Assembly (NCBI GenBank): GCA_031409275.1
Contig: JANNXA010000022.1
Location: forward strand, 1-64,000
Length of the DNA: 64,000 nucleotides
Origin: Planctomycetota bacterium
GTDB lineage: Bacteria; Planctomycetota; B15-G4; SIAN01
Reading direction: 5' to 3'
Within the stretch, counting starts at the first letter, position 1. Every line of letters begins with the position of its first letter. A program made the position numbers and the translations under genes. Below, piece after piece: positions 49,101 to 56,940 of this stretch. The notes under the pieces were generated by a model. The model made no database searches. It worked only from the letters and a program-made list of their open reading frames with translations, and was not told the DNA's origin.

Positions 49101-49503
49101 CTTCTTCCTTCCGCCTGGCTTCACCGATCGCGTCTTCGAGATCACTTCGACCTGGGGCGCCACGGCAAACTCCGTGTTGGCCGGTGACCTGCCGACGGAC
49201 GTCTGTCTCGCGGACATGAACACGGCGGGCTACCAGAGCAATCCGTCGGCGGCACCGAACTTCGGCGGGGTTGGCGATGCGCCGCAGCCGGAACGTTCGG
49301 GTGGAGTGAACTCGAAGAACTTCCTCCGCCTCGTGTCGTTCGGGGCGTCGATGGCGATCGTTCCCGACCGCCTCTACGTCAGCTTCGACGACACCGACCA
49401 GATTCAGGTGCTGTCGCCGACGCAGGCGGGATTGGTGCTGAAGACCATCGACGGCCACGGCGGTACGGGCACGAAGAAGCTCGGCGCCTTCTGGCGGCAG
49501 TGA
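46156..49503 (+). CDS. Large surface lipoprotein, paralog 2
   Basis: AGGAGA RBS; lipobox LQGC then GGGGGGG; colinear with paralog 1 (e.g. PGVNEGSSGFET, RQQIGNFLY, VRKTLDALISGP). Confidence 0.87.
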   Translation: MRAMPIRLSTRVLGVSSGALLLTSLLQGCGGGGGGGTSNAGGNVNDVPFLLVGTPGKLSQTPTEANAGAGLAPPPTFATTVTTDNHWFRIEFPFDIEANTILDSTANLAPFSYLNGNITIVDVNGAHVPGLALVNGRDAFGVDRSSNPGFPHDLTTSGRDLNLGKRVFLFVADVDGNLATPAAFGGYLPDPNNANGIIESTTSILDSVRINVFSINGITTEAAWTFSIGNTDTRQPFVISIGSEERSPLDLLNPNSTSSSGALIVQFSEAMVPRTVGRSAVLDGAPFDGNMPNPILSANLPPTAIIATVNLNVGTLFVPFDCAPLNINNLTTYRLTPLIPLPSNSSIDVLIRSFTTNNVSATDLSGNSYDGQDTTGDGVGDSVDHSVTFAVGPGPAVANVPVSPEVIYFAPSSGDGIGAIDLNGNGFTTNTPGANAGDFSVAPIVTLQWLDTQGCETQPGGLNLANGIGLIGYPGNSPTPTDPCTLVPMVEFAHNRYYYPVGLGSFPFGPVANAARANSGGAFPDEWFAPNDAGNAGTPVPGVNEGSSGFETICRDSNGEAILTGREFGVVGNVQDMIVGDFLDRVYFDRFNLRAQTGLHISFFGGGASTLGRNLISDPPIPNPPPTRYWVGLPQVDVNFDANSPGTPGVLIEGDEVWTGPRPNGPAAVSGVLGAGDTARAFNGYLHLRSNPISANSHDIQLLPFAVGPAKGCLGNGPGHQSATSAFSFASRQQIGNFLYVTDASSREVQAVNSNTMRVISSISLPDPTGLAMSSDMEFLYVTNFSNDSLSVVSCDPTSPQFHREIARVPCGIGPRAIAVQSENEDIFVCNYLGNTVSIINPASLTVRKTLDALISGPWDVEVAPRQEQPSAPHPSGWACGLYFAYVSNLIGNTVVVYESGPDGPRGIGIDNIRGSLPNDDNSEELVAPRGLCFSPFANPLGLFAGGVFVAHRDADGNGRVSHIQFTQQALFGPLPIQVPPGFFLPPGFTDRVFEITSTWGATANSVLAGDLPTDVCLADMNTAGYQSNPSAAPNFGGVGDAPQPERSGGVNSKNFLRLVSFGASMAIVPDRLYVSFDDTDQIQVLSPTQAGLVLKTIDGHGGTGTKKLGAFWRQ

Positions 49504-49519
49504 GCTGCGGAACGCACCG

Positions 49520-50371
49520 ATGCAGCGCCTCGATCCACGCCAGAAGTCGGGAGCCGACGTGCGACGCATGTTCGATGCGATCGCGCCGAGGTACGACCTC
49601 CTGAATCGCGTGCTCTCCGCTGGGAGTGACGTGCGCTGGCGCCGACTGGCGGTGGCTCGTGCCTTGGCGGGATTGGAAGGTGCGCTGGTCGCGGATGCGT
49701 GCTGCGGCACCGGCGACCTCGCGATCGAGCTTGCGCGCGACGCGAGGACGCGACGAGTGGTCGGTTTCGACTTCGCGCAAGCCATGCTGGCGCGCGCGCA
49801 TGCGAAACGACCGGAAGGGGCGAAGGCCGACTTCGCCGTCGCCGATGCCCTGAAGTTGCCGGCGCGCAGCGGCAGTTTCGATGCGGTGACGGTCGCATTC
49901 GGGCTGCGCAACGTGGTCGAGCCACGCGCCGGGATCGCGGAGTTGTGCCGGTTGCTGCGCCCCGGCGGCCGTTTGATCGTGCTCGAGTTCTTCACGCCGG
50001 AAGGTGGGTTCTGCGGGTCGCTGTTCCGCGCCTACTTCCGTCATGTACTGCCGCGTATCGGGCGACTCGTCGCTCGCGGCGCTGCGGTCGACGCCTACCG
50101 CTACTTGCCGGAGTCGGTGGAGTCGTTTGCGCGAGTGGAGGAGGTGGCGAACTGGTTCGCCGCTTCCGGTTGCGAGGAGGTCTGCTGCGAGCGCCTGCTG
50201 TTTGGCGCCGTCGGCCTGATCTCCGGAGTGAAGCGCGTCGCCGCGGGGCAAGCCGCGGGGCAAGTGATGGGAACGACGCGCGTGTTGGGTGGCTTGACTT
50301 CGACTTCGACGACGCGCCGCAAGGCGCCCGTGCCGTACCTTGGAGATTCGCCGTGTTCGGAGAATCCATGA
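49520..50371 (+). CDS. ubiE: Ubiquinone/menaquinone C-methyltransferase (UbiE/MenG) with C-terminal extension
   Basis: MFDAIAPRYDLLNRVLS, DACCGTGD, VAFGLRNV, LRPGG, AYRYLPESV. Confidence 0.93.
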   Translation: MQRLDPRQKSGADVRRMFDAIAPRYDLLNRVLSAGSDVRWRRLAVARALAGLEGALVADACCGTGDLAIELARDARTRRVVGFDFAQAMLARAHAKRPEGAKADFAVADALKLPARSGSFDAVTVAFGLRNVVEPRAGIAELCRLLRPGGRLIVLEFFTPEGGFCGSLFRAYFRHVLPRIGRLVARGAAVDAYRYLPESVESFARVEEVANWFAASGCEEVCCERLLFGAVGLISGVKRVAAGQAAGQVMGTTRVLGGLTSTSTTRRKAPVPYLGDSPCSENP

Positions 50372-53300
50372 CTCGCGATTGGACGCGGAAGGGGTGGTTC
50401 ATCGGAGCCGCTCTCCTGGCCACGCTCGGGGTGTCGGCATGTGGCGGCGGGGGCGGCGGGTCGGGCGGATCGCGGGGCGATGAGCTCACCGACCCGGTGA
50501 TCGCGCTGTTCGGTCCGACCGGCAAGTACTCGCAAACGCCGACCGAGGCCAACTCCTCTGGCGGTGCGATCAAGCCGCCGTCGATGCCGACCGGCACGAC
50601 GACGAACCAGTTCCTGCGCCTCGAGGTGCCGTTCGTCGTCGACCGTCGCGACATCGTGTCGCCCGATCCGGTCTACCGCCCGTTCTCCCAACTGACGGGC
50701 AACCTGGTGGTGACGGACTCGACTGGCGCGCACGTGCCCGGTGTCGCTGTCGTCAACGGCATCGATGCGTATGGCAAGTTCCGCGGCAACGACCCGGGGT
50801 TCCCGAAGGACCTCTCCGGCAGCGGTGCCGACCGCAACCTCGGTGCTGGCGTCATCCTCTACATCGCCGATGACGGGGATGGTGACCTGTCGACGGTCGC
50901 CGCGTTCGGCGGCAGCTCTTCCGATTCGGACTCGAGCCCGACGACAACGGACCTGACGTCGCTGCGCATCTCGCTGAACGACCTGAACGGTCGCTCCATC
51001 GACGCCTTCTACACCGTCACCATCGCCAACAGCGCATTGGGCGACACCGTCGGACCGAGCGTCGTGTCGATCACCGCCGAGTCGGTGGACCCGCTCGACC
51101 CGCTGAATCCGGCCAAGTGCTCGACGAGCTCGCGTTTCATCATTCGCTTCAACGAGCCGTGCGTGCCGACCACGGTCGGCAAGTCGGCGACGCTCGACGG
51201 CACCCCGTTCATCGGCAACCTGCCGCGGCTCGGTCTCCCGGGTTCGCCGCCGCCGAAGCCGCTTCCGAATACGCACATCACGGCGACGCTGAACGTCAAC
51301 CGTTCGCAGCTCTTCCTGCCGTGCGACATCCGGCCGCTCAACTCGAACAACCTCGCGACCTACATCGTGACGCCGCTCGTCGATCTGCCGGCGCAGCGCA
51401 CGATCAACATCGTCGTCGTCGATGCGAACGCCAACCGCGACGCGAATCTCACGCAGTTCGGTGCGATCGACCTCGTCGGCAACTTCCACACGCCCGGCGC
51501 TGACGCTCGCGGCATCTTCACCGTGGCGAAGGGGCGAGCGCCCGCTTGTGCCCCGGTCTGCCCGGAAGTCTTCTACTGGCTGCCGGTCAGCGGAAGTGGC
51601 CTCGGCGCCGTCGACCTGAACGGTCAGGGATTCACCACCAACACGCCCGGACACGGCGCGAGCGACTACCACTTCGCCTCGCTCATTTCGCGGGTCGCCA
51701 ACACCACCAGCGCGGTCGGCATCCTCGGCAGCGGCAACCGCTACTCCTGGCCGGTCGGAACCGGGAGCTTCATCTACGGTCCTGGTTTCTCGATCGGCGG
51801 CCAATCGTGGCAGGGCGCGCCGAGCGATCAGGGCAACAGCGGCACTCCGATCCCCGGCATCAATGAGAGGTCGTCCGGATTCGAGACGCTCGTTCGCAAC
51901 GCCGACGGGGACGTGATCCTGACCGGCACGAACAACGGCACGCTCGGAACGGTGGCCGACATGGTCGTCGGCGACTTCCTCGACGCCGGGATCTCCGACA
52001 CGCTGAGCTTGTTCAACAACCCCGGCTTCCACACCTCGTTCTTCTGGGGCGGTGGCTTGTCGCGCAACGCGCTCGGCGATCCGCCGATCCCCAACCCGCC
52101 GCCGCTGCGTTATTGGGTCGGACTGAACCCGATCGACATCCTGATCGATCAGAACAACCCGCTCGGCAAGGCGCGCATGATCGAGGGCGAAGAGGTCTGG
52201 TCGGGCACATTGAGCAGCTACTCCTTCGTCGTTCCCGACGCGATCAACCCGGTCGATGTCGACGATCGCCCGACCGGCGGCGCTGTGAACGGTCCGAATC
52301 CGCAGTCGGCCACGGCCGCCGTCGCCTACGCGGCACGCCAGCAGGTCGGCAACTTCCTCTACGTGGTCGACGCGACGGCGGGGCTCCTACAGGTCGTCAA
52401 CTCGAACACCTTCCAGATCATCACTACGCTCGACCTCCCGGGTCCTTCGGGCGTCGCGGTGATGCCGAACAATCGCTTCATCTTCACCGCGAACGCGGGC
52501 AACGACACGATGTCGGTGATCGGCTCCGATCCGACGCAGCCCGACTTCCACACCGAGATCGCGCGGGTCCCGGTCGGTCGCGGTCCAACCACGATCTCCT
52601 GCCAGGGCAACGGCGAGGATGTGTTCGTCGTGAATGCGCTCGACAACACCATCAGCATCGTCGAGCTCGGCACGCTTACCGTGCGCAAGACTCTCGACGC
52701 CCTCATCGACGGGCCGCGCGAAGTCGTGCTGACGGCTCGCCAGAACGGCTTCGGATGGAGCGCCGGCGTCTACTTCGGCTACATCGCCAACTTCACCGGG
52801 AACAACGTCGTCGTCTACGAATCCGGCCCCGACGGTCCGCAGGGCATCGGCTGCAACAACGTGCTCGGGTCGCTGCCGACGACCGGAAGCGACGTGGAGA
52901 TCTTCGAGCCGCGCGGGCTCGTCTATTCGCCGTACGCCAACGACCAGGGGCTCTATGCGGGCGGCGTCTACGTGACGCACCGCGACAACTCCGGCGCGGG
53001 GATGATCAGCCACATCCAGTTCACCCACCAGGCGCTCTTTGGTCCGCTGCCGTGCGTGTTGCCGCCGGGCAACTTCTTCATCCCGCCAGGCTTCAACGTG
53101 CGCGAGTTCGAGGTGGTCGGCCAGTGGGGCGCCAGCGGTCAGACGCCGCTGCTCGGCAGCAAGCCGAGCTCCGTCGTCCTCACCGACTTCCGCTACGACT
53201 CCTACTCGCTGCTCACGACCCAGCCGCCGAGCCAGGACGGTCGCGGCACGCCGGGATTCGGCGGCAAGAACACGCGCCACCCGATCCAGTTCGTGCAACC

Positions 53301-53481
53301 GCCCGATCCGCGCGCTCCGCACCTCCCGATCGTCGAGCCGGACCGCATGTACGTCGCGTTCGAGGACTCTGACCGCATCCAGGTCCTCGATCCGATCCGC
53401 ATCGGCGCCGCGATCGGCGAGCTGAAGGAGCGGACGGGCGTCGGCGTCCGCAAGCTCGTCGGGTACTACGACAGCCAGTGA
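50368..53481 (+). CDS. Large surface lipoprotein, paralog 3
   Basis: Lipobox VSAC then GGGGGGSGG; same conserved blocks (DPPIPNPPPLRYWVGL, RQQVGNFLY, YESGPDGPQGIG); ATGA overlap with ubiE. Confidence 0.87.
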   Translation: MTRDWTRKGWFIGAALLATLGVSACGGGGGGSGGSRGDELTDPVIALFGPTGKYSQTPTEANSSGGAIKPPSMPTGTTTNQFLRLEVPFVVDRRDIVSPDPVYRPFSQLTGNLVVTDSTGAHVPGVAVVNGIDAYGKFRGNDPGFPKDLSGSGADRNLGAGVILYIADDGDGDLSTVAAFGGSSSDSDSSPTTTDLTSLRISLNDLNGRSIDAFYTVTIANSALGDTVGPSVVSITAESVDPLDPLNPAKCSTSSRFIIRFNEPCVPTTVGKSATLDGTPFIGNLPRLGLPGSPPPKPLPNTHITATLNVNRSQLFLPCDIRPLNSNNLATYIVTPLVDLPAQRTINIVVVDANANRDANLTQFGAIDLVGNFHTPGADARGIFTVAKGRAPACAPVCPEVFYWLPVSGSGLGAVDLNGQGFTTNTPGHGASDYHFASLISRVANTTSAVGILGSGNRYSWPVGTGSFIYGPGFSIGGQSWQGAPSDQGNSGTPIPGINERSSGFETLVRNADGDVILTGTNNGTLGTVADMVVGDFLDAGISDTLSLFNNPGFHTSFFWGGGLSRNALGDPPIPNPPPLRYWVGLNPIDILIDQNNPLGKARMIEGEEVWSGTLSSYSFVVPDAINPVDVDDRPTGGAVNGPNPQSATAAVAYAARQQVGNFLYVVDATAGLLQVVNSNTFQIITTLDLPGPSGVAVMPNNRFIFTANAGNDTMSVIGSDPTQPDFHTEIARVPVGRGPTTISCQGNGEDVFVVNALDNTISIVELGTLTVRKTLDALIDGPREVVLTARQNGFGWSAGVYFGYIANFTGNNVVVYESGPDGPQGIGCNNVLGSLPTTGSDVEIFEPRGLVYSPYANDQGLYAGGVYVTHRDNSGAGMISHIQFTHQALFGPLPCVLPPGNFFIPPGFNVREFEVVGQWGASGQTPLLGSKPSSVVLTDFRYDSYSLLTTQPPSQDGRGTPGFGGKNTRHPIQFVQPPDPRAPHLPIVEPDRMYVAFEDSDRIQVLDPIRIGAAIGELKERTGVGVRKLVGYYDSQ

Positions 53482-53529
53482 CCGCGACCGCGCAGCGCTC
53501 TCGCTGCGCACCTCCCGTCCGTTTCCTGG

Positions 53530-53568
53530 CGCGGGCCGCGTCGATCTTCGCGATCGACGCGGCCCGCG
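53530..53568 (+). terminator. 17-bp perfect stem-loop after paralog 3
   Basis: CGCGGGCCGCGTCGATC-TTCGC-GATCGACGCGGCCCGCG; no U-tract. Confidence 0.65.
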
Positions 53569-53659
53569 TCGTCGTCGCCACGCTGCGCACCCCTGTGGTA
53601 GTGTCCGCCCCGTCGTTTCGACGAAGGAGCGGTCGCGGGTGGCGAGGCGAATCAAGGCC

Positions 53660-54433
53660 ATGGCGGCGCGAAAGAAGGCTCCGGCGCTCGACCTTCAGGC
53701 CTACCTGCGCCTGACGCGCGGCGTGACGGTGTCGATCGCCTATCTCCTGCCGCTGCTCGCCGCCTACGAGGTCGGTCTGCAGATGACCGGCTGCGATCTG
53801 CGCAACTCCGCCGAACTGTCGCTCAAGCTCGCCGCTGGATTGTTCGGGGACTTCGGTCCATGGATCCAGCGCGCGGTCCTTGCCGGCGTCCTCTTCGTGG
53901 CCATCCGCCTCGCGCGCCGCAACGTGCCGGCGCTGCGTCTCTATCCCGTCTTCCTGCTCGAGGCGACGCTCTTCGCGCTGCTGCTCGGACCGCTCGTGGG
54001 CACGCTCGTCGATGGCACCGGACTCGCGGCGCATCAGGCGATCCCGGCTTCGATGAACGACGCGAACGGCGTCGCGGTGGCGCCGCCGCTGGCGGAGCGC
54101 GTCCTGCTCTCGATCGGTGCCGGCGTCTACGAGGAACTGGTGTTTCGCTTCCTGCTGCTCGCCGGCGGCTTCGCGTTCTTGCATCGCGGGCTCGGCCTCG
54201 AGCGGCGGCTCGCGCTCGGCTCGGCGGTGCTCGCCTCGGCGCTGCTCTTCAGCGGCTACCACCACATGGGGCCGTCGGGCGAGCCGTTCGTCGCCGGGAC
54301 CTTCCTCTTTCGTGCGGCGGCCGGACTCGCGCTCGGACTCGTCTTCACCTGGCGCGGTCTCGCGTTGTGCGCCTACCTGCACGCCTTCTATGACATCTTG
54401 TGCGACCTCACGTGGCGCGGAGCATCCTCATGA
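53660..54433 (+). CDS. CPBP (CAAX/Abi) family intramembrane protease
   Basis: YEELVFR, LFSGYHH and LHAFYD motifs; multi-TM. Confidence 0.88.
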   Translation: MAARKKAPALDLQAYLRLTRGVTVSIAYLLPLLAAYEVGLQMTGCDLRNSAELSLKLAAGLFGDFGPWIQRAVLAGVLFVAIRLARRNVPALRLYPVFLLEATLFALLLGPLVGTLVDGTGLAAHQAIPASMNDANGVAVAPPLAERVLLSIGAGVYEELVFRFLLLAGGFAFLHRGLGLERRLALGSAVLASALLFSGYHHMGPSGEPFVAGTFLFRAAAGLALGLVFTWRGLALCAYLHAFYDILCDLTWRGASS

Positions 54434-55023
54434 AGCGCGTGATCGTCGCCGCCACGGGAGCGTCTGGAGCTCTCTACGGACGTGCCGTGGTCGAGACGCT
54501 GCTTTCCGCCGGTGCGAGCATCGATCTCGTCGCGAGCCCGCCCGCGCAACGCGTCGCGCGCGATGAACTCGGCAGCGATTGGAGCCGGCCCGAAGTCGAG
54601 CGTTGGCTCGGAACGAAGGCGGCTAGCGTCACGCTCCATCGTCACGATGACATCGGCGCCGCGATCGCCTCGGGCTCCTGTCCGGTGCAGGGGATGATCG
54701 TGGTGCCGTGCTCGATGGGCAGCGCCGGCCGCATCGCCGCCGGCCTCTCCGATGCCCTGATCGAGCGCGCCGCCGACGTGCAACTGAAGGAGCGCCGACC
54801 GCTCGTGCTGGTCGTGCGCGAGACTCCCTTCTCGCTGCTCCATCTGGAGAACCTGACCCGCCTCGCGCGCGCCGGTGCGACCGTCATGCCCGCTGCGCCC
54901 GGTTTCTACGCGCGGCCGCAGACGATCGCCGACCTCGTGCGCTTCATCGCGGAACGCGCGGTGGCCGCCGTCGGCATCGAGCTGAAGCGCAGCGTCGAGT
55001 GGAAGGGTGACGCCGCGCCATGA
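54430..55023 (+). CDS. ubiX: Flavin prenyltransferase UbiX
   Basis: ATGASGA, IASGS, VPCSMG, RAADVQLKERRPLVLVVRETP, PGFY. Confidence 0.95.
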   Translation: MKRVIVAATGASGALYGRAVVETLLSAGASIDLVASPPAQRVARDELGSDWSRPEVERWLGTKAASVTLHRHDDIGAAIASGSCPVQGMIVVPCSMGSAGRIAAGLSDALIERAADVQLKERRPLVLVVRETPFSLLHLENLTRLARAGATVMPAAPGFYARPQTIADLVRFIAERAVAAVGIELKRSVEWKGDAAP

Positions 55024-55907
55024 ACCGCGCCATCCCTGCGAGCGGCTTCTTCGCGAAGACCGCGATCACGCTCGAGATGGTCAAGGTCGCGCACACGATC
55101 TTCGCCCTGCCCTTCGCGCTCGCGGCGCTCTTCCTGGCCGCGGGCGGCTGGCCTGGCGCCCGCCGGCTGGCGTGGGTCGTCGTGGCGATGCTCTGCGCGC
55201 GTGCGGCGGCCATGGCGTTCAACCGCCTGGTCGACGCGAAGTTCGATGCACGCAACCCGCGAACGCAGCGGCGCGCGCTGCCGGCCGGACTGCTTTCGCG
55301 CGGCTTCACGGCAGGGTTCGTGGTCGTCTGCGCCGCCGGCTTCGTCGCCGCGTCGTACGCGCTGAACCGCCTCTGCTTCGCCTTGTCGCCCGTCGCGCTG
55401 GTGGTCGTGCTGGGCTACTCCTTCGCGAAACGCTTCACCGCGCTTTGCCACCTGTGGCTCGGGGTCGCGCTCGGCATCGCGCCGCTTGCCGCGTGGTGCG
55501 CCGTGCGTGGCGTCGTTGACGGCTCCACCTGGATTCCCGGATTGCTCGCGGTGGCGGTGCTCTTCTGGGTGGCAGGCTTCGACCTGATCTACGCGTGCCA
55601 GGATGTCGACTTCGATCGACGGGAGGGGCTGAACAGCCTGCCGGCGGCGCTCGGACCGGCGAGCGCGCTGCGCCTGGCGCGCGGCTTCCATGCGGTCACC
55701 GTGCTGGCGCTCGTATCAGTGGGCTGGCGAGCGAGTCTGGGGCTCTGGTGGGGAGGCGCGGTGGCGATCGTCGCCGCCTTGCTCTTCCTCGAGCACCGCC
55801 TGGCCGACCCGGCCGATCCCAAGCGCCTCGAGATCGCCTTCTTCCGGGTCAACGCCGCGATCGGCCCGCTGTTGTTCGCGGCGATCCTGCTCGAACTGTT
55901 CGCATGA
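55020..55907 (+). CDS. UbiA-like prenyltransferase (MqnP-type, futalosine pathway)
   Basis: HTIFALPFA, AMAFNRLVDAKFDARNPRT, YSFAKRFT, WVAGFDLIYACQDVDFD. Confidence 0.9.
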   Translation: MNRAIPASGFFAKTAITLEMVKVAHTIFALPFALAALFLAAGGWPGARRLAWVVVAMLCARAAAMAFNRLVDAKFDARNPRTQRRALPAGLLSRGFTAGFVVVCAAGFVAASYALNRLCFALSPVALVVVLGYSFAKRFTALCHLWLGVALGIAPLAAWCAVRGVVDGSTWIPGLLAVAVLFWVAGFDLIYACQDVDFDRREGLNSLPAALGPASALRLARGFHAVTVLALVSVGWRASLGLWWGGAVAIVAALLFLEHRLADPADPKRLEIAFFRVNAAIGPLLFAAILLELFA

Positions 55908-56926
55908 GCGCTTCTGATTTCGAGCCCGGCGCGCCGCTTCCGGCCACGCTGCTGGTCGGCGGTTCGGCTCGTTGCCTGCTCGACGAGCTGCTCCTTCGTT
56001 GCCTTGCGCCGGTCGTGAAGGAGGCGGAGATCGAGCGGCTGCCGGCGGTCGCGCTGGCGAAAGAGAAGGACGAAGGCGGCCTTGCGACGATCGTCCTGAA
56101 GAAGCTCGGCAATGCCTCGCTGTTCGGGGCGCGCCGCGTCCTGGTGGTGATCGGCGGGCAGGAGCTGCTGCGCGACAAGTCGGCGAAGGCATGGATGGAG
56201 AAGCCGACGCCGCGCACCCATCTGGTGATCGCGGCCACGCGGCCCGCCAAGGACGGTCCTTATGCCGTGCCCGCCGGCATCCCGGTCGGCGTCGCATGGG
56301 ACGCCGGGCCGCAATCGCCAAGCGAGCTGCGACGCTTCCTCGAGCGCCGCCTCGCGCTGCGCAGCGCGAAGGCGACGCCGGCGGCGTTCGAGGCGTTGCT
56401 GGCGCAGGCCGGCGCCTCGCTCGACGCGCTCGACTCGGAGCTCGAGAAGCTGGCGCTCTTTTGCCTCGGCGAGACGATCGACGCGGCGCACGTCGAGGCG
56501 CTGTGCGGCCACACGGCGGGGCGCGACTTCGATCGCCTGTGGCAGGCGCTGCTCGACAAGCGTCTCGGCGAGGCGCTCGGCCTGGTCGAAGCGATGAGCA
56601 CCGAAGGTCTGGTGATGTTCGGCGGCGGCCGCGTCTACGGCGCGAGCGCCGTCTCGAACACGCTCTTGCCGCTGCTGCTCGCGCGCATTCGACGGGTGGC
56701 CGCGGTGGCGACGTCGAACGAGAAGCTGGTGGGGGCCGTCGGCAGCGCGCTGCGCATGAAGCCCGGCTACGTCCACTTCCTGCAGAAGGACGCGCGGACG
56801 CTCGGCCCGCGCATGGCGCGGTGGCAGGCCGCGGCGCTCGGCGCCGAAGTGCAGCAGAAGCGCGGCGGCGCGCGCAGCGATGAAGAGAACCTCGAGCAAC
56901 TGCTTGCGCGGCTGTGCGCACGATGA
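55904..56926 (+). CDS. holA: DNA polymerase III delta subunit (divergent)
   Basis: SLFGARRVLVV and LDSELEKLALF...IDAAHVEAL pattern; length about 340 aa. Confidence 0.75.
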   Translation: MSASDFEPGAPLPATLLVGGSARCLLDELLLRCLAPVVKEAEIERLPAVALAKEKDEGGLATIVLKKLGNASLFGARRVLVVIGGQELLRDKSAKAWMEKPTPRTHLVIAATRPAKDGPYAVPAGIPVGVAWDAGPQSPSELRRFLERRLALRSAKATPAAFEALLAQAGASLDALDSELEKLALFCLGETIDAAHVEALCGHTAGRDFDRLWQALLDKRLGEALGLVEAMSTEGLVMFGGGRVYGASAVSNTLLPLLLARIRRVAAVATSNEKLVGAVGSALRMKPGYVHFLQKDARTLGPRMARWQAAALGAEVQQKRGGARSDEENLEQLLARLCAR

Positions 56927-56940
56927 GGAGCGGCGGCGCC

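Noticed and set aside
42385..54433. CPBP protease as a C-terminal sorting enzyme for the three lipoproteins
   Set aside because: The lipoproteins lack a C-terminal TM and basic-tail sorting signal and already have N-terminal lipid anchors.
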